A stretch of 64,000 nucleotides of DNA from assembly GCA_036867785.1 (NCBI GenBank), contig CP145423.1, positions 310,001 through 374,000 of the forward strand, in the 5' to 3' direction. Source of the stretch: Plasmodiophora brassicae (taxonomy: Eukaryota). Every line of letters starts with the position of its first letter. The first letter of the stretch is position 1. Positions 46,176 to 57,155 of this stretch are shown in pieces. The translations under genes were made by a program, and so were the position numbers. Below the pieces are notes generated by a model. That model worked only from the letters and a program-made list of their open reading frames with translations. It searched no databases and was not told the DNA's origin.

Positions 46176-47189
46176 TCACGCTTCAACAGCTATCGTTTCT
46201 TCATCGTCCTCATCGTCGTCGTCGACGTCGAGGACGGTGACCTCTTTTCGGAGCGCAGGCCCAGACGGCGTCATGTCCAGGTCCTCGACGCGCGTGATGG
46301 GCTGCCGGCACGCAGGGCAGAGCGGGACGGCGCTGATGCATTGCCAGCAGGCGATGACGTGTCCGCAGGGCAGGCAGGCGACCTTGGTGGAGTTCTCTTC
46401 CAGGCACAGGACGCACTCGCCTTTGGTGTCGTCGCTATCGCAGACGAATAGACGAACGGATCGGATCGGAGCGTCCACCGGCCAGGCTCGCCACCATCCT
46501 CGTCGGGATCGTCCGCGGGCACTTGTCATGGCCCAGGCGCCCCTCATCCCCAACGACAGGTCATCAGCGATGCCACGAAACTGCCGCTCATGGTCTTGAA
46601 ACCTCAGCGCAAATGCGACGATCACCAACGACTGCGGCGACAGCAGTGTCTGATACCGGCCTGATACTTCGCACGGCCCTGAACCGAATCCGCTGATCGC
46701 GCCGTCGCTCATCTCCAGCAGCAACGACAACGGTTGCCGACCGCGGGATCGCCGCCCAGGGCGATCGTTCCGTTCCGAGCAGCACAGCCATTGAATAAAT
46801 AAACCGCCCATGAAGGGCTTCGCTGGCGACGATGGGATTGCTGCGGCGCACGACAGGTACGCGATCGCAGACGGGAACTGAAGATTATCGGTCCGCGACG
46901 CGTGCCGAATAGCATTCAAGAACGCGGACGCGAAGTCGGCGTCGGACCCGACGACGACACTGGACGACACGACGTGACGGTTCCGGGCGGCATGCGGCCG
47001 GTGCAGCGCCACCGGCACCAGGCAGATCAGCGTGACGACCATGAAGACGATCAGGCGCACGTCGGAGGAGAAATCCATGGTCAGGATGATGGCGACCAGC
47101 AGGCCCCAGAGCAGGAACGCGCCGACGCACAGCCAGATCCGCGACGCCCGGCGGCGCTCTCGACCACCACCGCCGCCGCCGACCATCAT
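46176..47189 (-). CDS. Membrane-anchored RING (C3HC4) E3 ligase, paralogous architecture to 36885-37664
   Basis: Two N-terminal TM helices, a beta-rich middle domain, CVLCLEENSTKVACLPCGHVIACWQCISAVPLCPACR, and an acidic tail. Confidence 0.85.
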   Translation of the reverse strand: MMVGGGGGGRERRRASRIWLCVGAFLLWGLLVAIILTMDFSSDVRLIVFMVVTLICLVPVALHRPHAARNRHVVSSSVVVGSDADFASAFLNAIRHASRTDNLQFPSAIAYLSCAAAIPSSPAKPFMGGLFIQWLCCSERNDRPGRRSRGRQPLSLLLEMSDGAISGFGSGPCEVSGRYQTLLSPQSLVIVAFALRFQDHERQFRGIADDLSLGMRGAWAMTSARGRSRRGWWRAWPVDAPIRSVRLFVCDSDDTKGECVLCLEENSTKVACLPCGHVIACWQCISAVPLCPACRQPITRVEDLDMTPSGPALRKEVTVLDVDDDDEDDEETIAVEA

Positions 47190-47424
47190 GGCCGAATTCC
47201 CCAAACTGACGCTCAATTTAGATGCAGCACCCTTCGCGTGGGCGACGCCGCGGCGACGTCACGAGTGACGTGACTGGACTACCCTAAACGCGTTGCGTGG
47301 GCCACACTGGGCCGCCGCGCAATAAACTACGCCGCTACTGTCCTGGACAAGCCGCCGTGTAGTAAAGCGCGCCCTGTACCGTAGCCAGGACAAAGTAGTG
47401 TCGGTACCGCGTCGCGGGATATCG

Positions 47425-49877
47425 TCATTGGCGAATGGTGACGACCGATGGGCGGATGGCGTAGCCGGCGCGCGCGGACCGCCTGATGCGGTCGACGCAC
47501 TGCAGGTCGGCCTGTAGGTCGAATTTGCGGAACAGGGCGGCGGCGTCGTCCAGGCGGCCCTGGCGTAACAGCGACAGCCCTGTCGGGTGCGCAGCAGCAC
47601 CGTTAGACGCCACTCGGTACCATCAAACGAGAAGTAGTTGTCACCTGCGTCCTTGATGGTGGCTGTCGTGTACTGAATCGTGTTCATTTCGAGGGGTACT
47701 AAGGCCAGCAGCTTCTCCACAAGGGTATCGTCTGCCAGCGCGGTACTCAGACCCTAGCAACGCCGTTGAATGGCAAGCGGCCCGACCAATCAGAGCCGAG
47801 TCGGTGATGGCGTCCTTGGACGGCAACTTGAGCTTGGCTTTGCACCTTCTGAGGGCGTGACTTGCAGTTGTAGAATATCCACGATGTCTCGCCGCCGCGT
47901 AGATGGCCTAACCAGGTATTTCATTGGGGAACACGCTGCGCAACGATGGAGGTGGTCACTGACCAGAATACCGTCGTCATCTTCAACCATGACGGCATGC
48001 TGGAACGCGACGTCTATGCGGTCGTACGCGATCAACCTGTTGATGAATCGCTGACACATACGCTTGACATTCTCGATCAGCCCGGCATCGCCTTTTGATT
48101 TGCATATCCGCCAGGCCTCTTTCAGCAGCACGTCGAGACGCTCTGCGTCTCTCGGAATGATTTGTTGGCCTCGAGTTTGGCGGACCAGATGCGCCCGTAC
48201 CTGTTACTGACAGGCCTTGCGCGGTGACCGTATCGGCGATCACCATCAGCCCATCGACAACGACCCCGACCATCGCCACACGCTTCTCTAGGGACGACGC
48301 GTGCGAAAGGACCGTGTTGACTTCGTCGAACTGGTGCATTCGGATACGGTCCGCAACGATCGCCAGATCGGTAACAGACCCGAATCTCAGCCCAGTCCCG
48401 ATTCTAACGATCAAAGCGGGACCCCGATCGCAGACCACATGAAGGTCCCTGATGCCGCCTGCAGAACGTGCCCAAGTCGCGTGCACGACTCGTGGCCTGT
48501 GATACGAAGGTGAATCCCGTGCGGACGACGGCGTCCATTCGCAGAACCGACCGGTATCCCAACCAGCTGGACAGCTGCAGGGTAGACGATCCATCAGGGA
48601 ACTGAAGTCGCTGCAGCGCAACGTCGGTGATGACGAGGCTCCCGTCCTCGAAGAAGATCACAATGACGGCATTGCTGGGATGGAACGATGCGAACACGGG
48701 CGACGACGATGTTTCGCGGGAGAAGTTGACCGTCTTTCGATGCAGGATCTGGTCTCCGATCTCAACAATGGCTACCATTCCGTGTTCGCCAAGAAGGATG
48801 ATGCGGCGCCGGTCTTCATCCCCGCAGGCGAAGATAATCCTTCGCTGGACTGTCAGACTTAACGAACGTGATGGGCTCCTTTCGATCCCGTTGGGGCCGT
48901 CGTGCGCTGGATACGTTGCCACACGGACGACGACTGGGTCCTGCTGGACCTCCTGCGACACGACTATCAGGTCGCGGCCGTTCCCGCTCCACGTGCAGGT
49001 CACAAGCGTGACGGTGTGGTCCAGCGTCAGCTCCGAATGCACCGTCAAGCTCATTCCTCCGGATCGCAGCGATGCCTTGCCTCGGATCGACGTCTGTAAC
49101 TGATGGAGTCATTTCCTGTGGACTCCAGGTGAGACGCATCAGGAGTACCCTTCTGGCCGGGTTGTCGGGCCCCGATCCGGCAACGACCGATACGATTCCG
49201 ATTCGCCTGGCGTACCCGATGCAAAGTAGTCCCCGCGAACGGTCGAAATCCATCATCCGTGGTCGTACATCGAAACTGTCGATCCATGCATGGGCAGTAC
49301 TGGCTGCCATCAGGTTTGTGGCCGGCTCCTGTGATGTTACAAGTCAACCTTAGGCCAATGTATCACGGGGAGTGCTTACAGAAGAGGGCTTCGATGTTGG
49401 GATGCTGACCGCCAGTATCTTCGGTGGGGTCTCCATGCCCAGGAACAGGACGTTGCCGGCCATGATGGCGCAGGACACAATAGCGTGTCCGACGACGCCG
49501 GCCACCGACTCGTCGATGATGCACCGGCGGATGGTGTCAACACCATCGACGAAGAATGAGACAACGGCGCCGGTGCATAAGATCACGCGTGTAACGGACG
49601 CCATGTTGTCTGATGCGGCGCCGATGCCGACTGGCATCGATTTCGCCATACACGATGTCGCATCAGCAACGTGGTGGCGTAAGCGGTTCGTCCAGGAGTC
49701 AGGCAGGAACAACGTGCGGCCCTGCAGGCGCCTATGCGCGTCTTCGTATCGAGTCGTGTCGGCCAGTTCGCCTTCGGACGACGCCGGCGGGTTCAGGTAC
49801 AGGGAGCATGGCTCCTGTAATTGGTCTCGATCACGCGCGTCCTGGCTGACGAAAAGCAGGACCTTCGCCTGCAGCAT
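47425..49877 (-). CDS. WDPCP: WDPCP/Fritz (CPLANE ciliogenesis protein); multi-exon, ends approximate
   Basis: ILCTGAVVSF..RCIIDESVAG; ASFHPSNAVIVIFFEDGSLVITDVALQ; VCDRGPALI; MCQRFINRLIAYDRIDVAFQHAV. These align by eye with recalled WDPCP blocks. Confidence 0.75.
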
Positions 49878-50466
49878 TCCCTTTGGTGCACTGTGACAGG
49901 ATGATACAGGAGAGTGATGCACGTGTAGGCGAAACGGCAACAGTACTGGAGTGAAACTGAAGCGGCGTACCGAAACAAGTCGAACACTGTATTGGGTTGG
50001 GATTGACTGACCGGAGTGTGCTGGGTACAAGCCAGCACCACACCGGGCATAATGTGGATAGAACGGCCTGGCTGGCGATGTCGCCGTCACTGGACAAAGG
50101 CGGCTACCGTACTGTGGGGCAGTGCTAGCGTCAGATCCGCCGGCTTCGACAACGAGAGACAGATGGCCGATCGTCGTGGTGATTAGTCCAGATTCGCTGG
50201 TTTGGGCGCAGGCAAGATTGGACATGAACTTCGCGACTAGCTTTGCGAGTCCTCCACCCCAACACGAGGATATATCTTGGCCGATTACCCTTTACCGACC
50301 TGGCGGTGAACAGTTTGCTATTCATTTGTCGTATTTGGCACTTGCAACTTGGGCGATGACATTCATGGACCTGGTCGGTAAGACATCCTGTTCCCGGGAC
50401 CCTTCCACGTAAATATCGCCACGTGTATTTGAATGGGTACGAGCAATAGAATTTGATCATGGCTGG

Positions 50467-51792
50467 TTAAACGCGGTCAATTTCGCCGGCATAAATGTCG
50501 TCCACATCAGTTGACGCGCCGGTGTCCAACGGCGCCAGAGTCTGTTCGCGATTCTTCAGCCTGCGATAGTAGGCCAGAGCTAGAGCGCTAGCGACGACAA
50601 CAGCCACGACCCCCATCAGAGACGCGAGCACGACCAGGCCAGTACTGGGCGACTTGCCGGAGAGTGGAGGCTTGGTGTTCTTGGCAGGAGGGACGCTGTT
50701 CTTCACTGGCGTCTTGTTGAAGAGCGACTTGCCGGAGAGTGGAGGCTTGGTGTTCTTGGCAGGAGGGACGCTCTTCTTCATTGGCGTCTTGTTGAAGAGC
50801 GATCCAGCCGTAAGAGCCATGATGCCGACCGCAGCGCCAAGTACCCCGCCCATTTTCATATTACGCGAAACAGCCGGGCCCGCTGCTGTGGCCGTCGGGA
50901 CAGGTGACGCTTTCTTGGAAGATGTCGCAAGCACCGCCGGCAAGGTTTTGTATGCTGCCGCAGCGAGGCTTATCGCTGCGAGAGACGCAACGTAGCGAGT
51001 GGCGACGTCACGTGGACCATTCGTGCCGGCGGCTGCGCCACCAGGTCCTGATTGCACAGGCTTGGAAGCTGTCTCGTCTTTTGTCGTTTGGGTACTCTCC
51101 TGACTGATGGTAGTCTCCGTGTCTGGACTCTCCTGAGTGATGGGCGCGCCCGTCACCTGACTGATGGGAACGCCGCCCGTCTCCTGATTGATGGGCACAC
51201 CCGTCATGTCCTGACTGATGGTCCTCTCGCCGTCCAACGGATCAGTATGAGCGTCAGAGATATCTCCGGCTCGGCCGTCTCCATGTCTCGACTCTTCTGA
51301 CTGATGGGCACACCCGTCTCCTGACTGATGGAACTCGTCACCGGACGCACCAGTAATGCTCAGGGACTCAGGGGAAGAACCAGAGAACTTAAACATTCCA
51401 CTGATCCGGCGCAACCATCCGGGGCCGCCGTTGACGGCGCGCTCATGGTCAACTTCAGGTATCGTCGGCTGGTTAGCGCCGGTATCATCCGTCTGCGGAA
51501 TCGTTTCGAAGCCCTCTGTGATTTCAATGTCCGGGGAAGTTTCCGTGGGAAGGCTCCCAGGCCGGATAGGTGGTCTGCTGTCGAGGAACGAGGCCTCCAC
51601 GAAGTTGCCGTTGCCGCTCTGCAAAGGTTCGTCAATCTGGCTGGCTTGGGTATCGCCTTCCTTCTGGCCACCGTCGGTCGCAGGTGTCGCCACGCGCTCA
51701 TTGCCATCAACATGTGCTGATGCAAGTACAAATGACAGGGGCACAACCAGCGCCAGGATCAGAGCCGCCCTCGTCATCACGTTGCTGTTCAC
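50467..51792 (-). CDS. Signal-peptide membrane protein with low-complexity ectodomain and three hydrophobic C-terminal segments (paralog 1)
   Basis: MTRAALILALVVPLSFVLASA; internal 75-bp duplication (SLFNKTP.K.SVPPAKNTKPPLSGK x2); ISQ repeats; C-terminus DVDDIYAGEIDRV. Confidence 0.85.
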   Translation of the reverse strand: MNSNVMTRAALILALVVPLSFVLASAHVDGNERVATPATDGGQKEGDTQASQIDEPLQSGNGNFVEASFLDSRPPIRPGSLPTETSPDIEITEGFETIPQTDDTGANQPTIPEVDHERAVNGGPGWLRRISGMFKFSGSSPESLSITGASGDEFHQSGDGCAHQSEESRHGDGRAGDISDAHTDPLDGERTISQDMTGVPINQETGGVPISQVTGAPITQESPDTETTISQESTQTTKDETASKPVQSGPGGAAAGTNGPRDVATRYVASLAAISLAAAAYKTLPAVLATSSKKASPVPTATAAGPAVSRNMKMGGVLGAAVGIMALTAGSLFNKTPMKKSVPPAKNTKPPLSGKSLFNKTPVKNSVPPAKNTKPPLSGKSPSTGLVVLASLMGVVAVVVASALALAYYRRLKNREQTLAPLDTGASTDVDDIYAGEIDRV

Positions 51793-51994
51793 AAACCGGT
51801 TTCAAACAGATCGCTCGCTACACGTGCTACCCGAAGTTCACGGAAGCCTTTTCGAAATGGCGACGGAATTCGTCGTCTGACCCGTTTTCATTCGATGCGC
51901 GCAGCTATATTTAGGAATGATACGTCGTAGTCAGTGGAATGATGTATCGGTATGCCACAGGAATTCTAAATTTAGGCGAATTCAGTAGGTAGGT

Positions 51995-52148
51995 AGTCAG
52001 TGGACGATGTGTCTATGTCGGAGGGATTCTTAATTTAGACCACCTCAGTCAGTGGATGACGTGTCTATGTCGGAGGGATTCTTAATTTAGACCACCTCAG
52101 TCAGTGGATGATCATGTGTCTATGTCGGAGGGATTCTTAATTTAGGGT
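51995..52148. repeat. 52-bp tandem repeat x3 (AGTCAGTGGA..GTGTCTATGTCGGAGGGATTCTTAATTTAGACCACCTC) upstream of paralog 1
   Basis: Units start at 51995, 52047 and 52099; a degenerate unit at ~51929; a single homologous unit at ~54199-54247 upstream of paralog 2. Confidence 0.9.
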
Positions 52149-52407
52149 TGCGCGCTACAACTACGTAGGCTGCGTTTACCATAATCCCCATCGAGCTTTA
52201 CCTCAGCGAAGCTGCTCTCGTGCCCTAGTTGGGCGGTCCGATCTACACGATCTCGCGTTCAGTTTTCTATTCTACTGTCGCATTGGGCCTCTGCAACATG
52301 GACCTGTTCTGTAGAAAACCATGACCTGGGCCCTGGCAAAAGTGTCGACACGTGTATTTGAATGGGTATAAAACGATGACAATATCATCGTGTCATAAAG
52401 CGGTAGG

Positions 52408-54006
52408 TCAAACGCGGTCAATTTCGCCGGCATAAATGTCGTCCACGTCGGTTGACGTGCCGGCGTTCAACGACGCCAGAGTCTGCTTCCGATTCTTCAA
52501 CTTGCGATGATAGGCCAGAGCTAGAGCGCTAGCGACGGCAACGACCACGAATCCCATCAGAGACGCGAGCACGATCAGGCCAGTACTGGACGACTTGCCG
52601 GAGAGTGGAGGCTTGGTGTTCTGGGCAGGATGGACGTTCTTCTTCATTGGCGACTTGTTGAATAGCGTTCCTGCCTTCAGAGCCATGATGCCGACAGCAG
52701 CGCCCAGTACCCCGCCCATTTTCACATTACGCGATAGAGCCGGGCCCGCTGCTGCGGACATCGGGACAGGCGACGATTCCTTGGAAGATGTTGCAAGCAC
52801 CGCCGGCAAGGTTTTGTATGCTGCCGCAGCGAGGCTTATCGCTGCGAGAGGCGCAAGGGAGCGAATGGGGATCTTACGTGGGCGGCTCGTGCCGGTTGCT
52901 GTATCACCTGCAGGTACTGGTTGCACCGGCTTGGAAGGTGTCTTGCCAGTGCTACGCTCAACCGTGCCTTTTGTGGGGATCGTGGTGGGAATAGGCGGCT
53001 CGCTGTTGATCTCCGTTTGTCCCGGCAAGGTCGGCACCGACGTACTGGTTTCGGCCGCTGCGCCTCCCAAGACGTCACTTTTGACCTGACGTCGCGCCTT
53101 GTCAGGGAGACTCGGCTGATCAGGTGGCGCAGCTCCAGAGTCTTGACCGTCAGGGTCATCTCCCAGTGAGCGGTTGATTTGATCGTCGTTGTGCATCAGA
53201 TCGTTGGAGACGTCATCTGACGTTGACTGGGCATTCTGCTCGTGCTCGTCGTTGCGCTTTTCCATTGGTTGGTTCGTCATCGCAGAGATGTGTCCCTCAG
53301 TACTGCCGCTGTCCGAAGGGTCTTTGTGGACGCCGATCCCATTCTGTGTCTGGACGCCCATATTAATATGGTACCTGTCGGCCGTCGCCGTGTCTGAACT
53401 CACCTCGTCGTCCTCCGACGCAACTGCAGTAACGTCCGGGTTCGCAGGATCATCAGGCGTATCTGAGGATCCCTGTAGGTACGTTCTGAGGTTTTTGACG
53501 GTATTGAAAACCGACTCTTCTGCATTCTCGACTAGACTCTCGCCCAACTTTTCGACCGCTTTTCGTCTAACTGAGCGGATGGCGCTTCTCCCGAGGGCGT
53601 CCGCCTTTTCCATGACGATGCCCGCCGCGGGGGCGATGAGTCTGGCTATTACACCTGAGGGTTTGTCTTCGAGGCCGCCGTTGACGCCTTCATCGTCCCC
53701 TTCAGGTACCTGTTGGCGCTGGTTAGCGCTGGTATCATTCGTCTGCGGAAGCATTTCGATTACCGTTTCGGTTTCAATGTCCGACAGCTTGTCGCCAAAG
53801 TTGGAATTCGCCGTTTCCTTTGGAAAGCTCCCTGGCATAGGAGTTATGCTGTCGCCGAATGAGGTTCCCTGGCTGCCTTGGGGTGCGCCGTCCTTCTGAC
53901 CACCGTCGGTCCCAGGTGTCGCCGGGCGCTCACCGTCATCAACTTGTGCTGCCAGTACACTTGACAGGGGCACAATCAAAGCCAGAAAAAGTGCTCTCGC
54001 CATCAT
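52408..54006 (-). CDS. Signal-peptide membrane protein (paralog 2 of 50467-51792)
   Basis: MMARALFLALIVPLSSVLA; C-terminal ~150 aa nearly identical to paralog 1; divergent middle; flanks also homologous. Confidence 0.85.
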   Translation of the reverse strand: MMARALFLALIVPLSSVLAAQVDDGERPATPGTDGGQKDGAPQGSQGTSFGDSITPMPGSFPKETANSNFGDKLSDIETETVIEMLPQTNDTSANQRQQVPEGDDEGVNGGLEDKPSGVIARLIAPAAGIVMEKADALGRSAIRSVRRKAVEKLGESLVENAEESVFNTVKNLRTYLQGSSDTPDDPANPDVTAVASEDDEVSSDTATADRYHINMGVQTQNGIGVHKDPSDSGSTEGHISAMTNQPMEKRNDEHEQNAQSTSDDVSNDLMHNDDQINRSLGDDPDGQDSGAAPPDQPSLPDKARRQVKSDVLGGAAAETSTSVPTLPGQTEINSEPPIPTTIPTKGTVERSTGKTPSKPVQPVPAGDTATGTSRPRKIPIRSLAPLAAISLAAAAYKTLPAVLATSSKESSPVPMSAAAGPALSRNVKMGGVLGAAVGIMALKAGTLFNKSPMKKNVHPAQNTKPPLSGKSSSTGLIVLASLMGFVVVAVASALALAYHRKLKNRKQTLASLNAGTSTDVDDIYAGEIDRV

Positions 54007-54847
54007 GTTTGCTGTTCACGAACAGATTTCAGACTCGCTGTTGCCCGACGTTCACGGAAGCCTTTGAGGAATGGCGACAGACTCGTCGTCTGCCCCGTTC
54101 TCCTTCGCTGAGCACGTACTATATTTAGGACTGCGTTCTAAATTTAAGCACGACCGCCCGCCTCGGTATACCTCCTAGTCTCCTACAAGTCATACCTTCA
54201 GTGGACGACGCTGTGTCGATGTCGGAGAGATTCTTAATTTAGGGTTGATCTAAAAATAATCGTGGCGGTTCTAATAATAATCACGACTGGGAGTGTTGAC
54301 AACGCCTCCTCGAGCTTTGTCTCAGCAAAGTCCAAGGTTCTCGCGAGACGTCACCCTTTGTTTGTTGCTGCACTCCTCACTGACTGCCGACTACCGTGTG
54401 GATGGGGCATGATGACTTCGTGGATCATAAACGATGAGTCTGGCTCTCCGTATTAACGTATTGACATCAAAAGCTGAGAGGCAGCTGTGCTCTCCAGGAA
54501 CGCTTTTCGCGAACGACCCTAGCGATTCCAGCGTGCCGCGTCGAATATCAGAGCTGTCCGAATGCTGACTGTAACGTTGAACACGACCTTACTGGTCGAG
54601 GAAGCATCGCAGTCGAGCAGGGTCTAGCGTAGTAGCCAGGTCATCAGCAGCGATATATCGATCAGGGTGGAACAGCTATATATATATAGGACGTATGATG
54701 TGGATCGAGATGAACGTTTTCGCTGTCTGGGTTAGTCTGCCGATCAGTTCCGGCTATCTTCTGTGACGAGCCTGGCACGGATGCACCACTGCAGGGAAGA
54801 CAGTCGACTGACGACTTCCATCATCCACTGGCGCCGTGCATATTGTC

Positions 54848-56614
54848 ATGGACCACGCCGATGAATCGTTGTTCCAGAAGCGTGTCCGCAAGATCAATGA
54901 CGATCTGTGGCCGTCGTTCAGCGAACGAATCGCGGACCAGAAGGGCCCACCCAGCGCGTATAGCAACCGAAAGAAGGCAATGCATCGAAGACCGGAAGGA
55001 ACCACAACGAATTCGACACATACCGCACATACGATATCAAGTCTGCGAAAGATGGACGAAGTTGGTGGCCGACTGGGCCATTTTCTCCATCAGGACATCT
55101 AATCCCCAATGGCCAGTTCGTCAGGTTGATCTGTCAGCAACCCGCAAGGATCCCTAAGAAAGTCGACCATTCTGTAATTTGGTGCTATTCGTTGGGGATA
55201 ATGGAACCCATCTGAGTGATACCAACAGTCTCTACGACCGGTTTTAAAGCACGTCCAGCAGATGGAGAGAGCCGTGGAACAGCTCCAGGAGGAACACTCG
55301 ACGCAGATCCGACTGGAGACCGAGTCCCAGAAGACATTCGAGTTCATGAAGAACCAGGTAGCCAGCAGTGCAGGCATTCTGTTGGCAAGGTTGACCTGAT
55401 ATTGCTCCACAGATTGATTCAATGAGGAAAGCGTTTGGCATCCTGTCCGAGGTTCTCATTGACGAAATCGAGGACATCCGGACGGTCATGAGCGACCATA
55501 TGAAGGTGCTAATTGCGTGTATGCTGGCGCTTCGGGAGTTTGATCGTACGTAGTCTGTGTCAGCCATGTTAGACGAGGCCAAGTTCCGAGGCAAACTAGC
55601 AGGAGGACCTGACGTGCCCATCAAGGAGCAGATCAACAAAGTTCGGACAGAGATGGATAATAAGGTGGGCGATGAACGAAGCTCCTGACTGCCTCTGTTA
55701 TAATGATGATGACGGCCAGGTATCCATCATCCATTCGAACATGCTGCAACTGCAGTCGGCCATCGAGGAGAGCCGCGAATCGAGCCATGGTGAAGTATCG
55801 ACCCTAGAGAATAAGGTTCAAGAGTTAGAGCGGCGCTCGGTGGCGACGCAGGTAATCGGTACAGACGTTTATTCTCTGTCACTCGTAACTGACTTGTAGC
55901 GATTTAGAACCGAGGTGGTGGTGACGACCGGCACATGGAGCTCGCCGAGGCGGTCAAGCGCCTGGCACAGGAAATCGATCGGACGAAAAGCGATTTCGAA
56001 TCGTATCAGGACGCGCATGGCGTTTCGCTGTCGCAGATATTCGCCGAGTTGAACAAATGCATTCACCGGTGCGATCAGCTGGAAAAGGGAGCGCCGCCAG
56101 CGGAGTCTCTTGCCCCCAAATCGTCGGCATCGTCGTCCGGCAGAACTCGTGTAGGCCAATGTCGTTCCTGGAGCGAAACGGTGAACTCATAACGTCGACA
56201 GGACGAGGACGTTGCGGCGCTGGAGGCAAACATCGATGCGATTTCGACAACTGTGAAGGATTTCATCGTGACGCAGACCGAGTTCATGGAGGAGGACCAT
56301 GCGAGTATCGTTAGAGAGGCAACTGAGGCGGCTAAACAGCAAGTCACGGTGGGCAGCCCTGCTCGGCGTCACGCCCAGTATGAGTTTGATGTTTAAGGTG
56401 TTTGCAGGATGTCCGGGAGGAGATGCAGAAACAGAACAGCGAGCTGAGGCTGGACCTGGACCAGATAGAGGAATCCGTGATCAACGGGTTCGATCAGCTC
56501 TGCAAAGTCCTGAACGTGCACAACCCCTTGGAGCTGTTCGAGAAGAGCGAACCTGGCAATGACAAGGATTCCGACAATGAGCTGGCTGACGGCAAGATCG
56601 AGCCATTCACCTAA
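54848..56614 (+). CDS. Coiled-coil hypothetical protein; multi-exon
   Basis: Chain of heptad-rich exons (MDHADESLFQKRVRKIND... to ...DGKIEPFT*) separated by ~50-nt GT-AG introns. Confidence 0.65.
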
Positions 56615-57155
56615 ATCGAACATGTCGCGTTGGACTTCTTAACAGCGCTTCGCATCGTCAGCAGCGCTAGACGCGTTTCAGGGCAGTACGGGCTAGGCAG
56701 AGTCAAAGCTCAGTTGGCAACTCAGTTGCCAGTTGCCGACCGCGGATCAAGCGACGTTCCCTGGTCTGCTGCTCTTTGGGAAGAGCAGTGACGATCGGGG
56801 ACGACCACGTTCAAGATTAGGAGAGAGATGCACCCCTGTTTGCTTCCGCATCGGACTTTCGCCTTGTGGAACGCGGTGACGCCTACGTTCCTGTCCGCGC
56901 AGCACCACGTGTGACATGCGGACCGGGCTTGGATCCCCGAAGCCACCCAGATGCGCGCAATCGCGGTCACGTGCAAAAACGATATGTCGCCCCAGGCCAG
57001 GAGGAATCGACGAATCATGGTCGTGTTTTTCGCCCCGCGGATTCTCGCCATTCGATTTCGCCGGACCCTTTCCGCAGTTGACGGGATCGCCGCCTGGACC
57101 GCGTCCTCCAGACGTCGACAGGGTCACGCCGCCCGGTCGCGCGGCTGGTTGGCGA

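Noticed and set aside
51995-52148. CRISPR-like array, snoRNA cluster or telomeric seed (TTTAGGG)
   Set aside because: Whole units repeat without variable spacers, there are no convincing paired C/D boxes, and TTTAGGG occurs only as isolated single copies.
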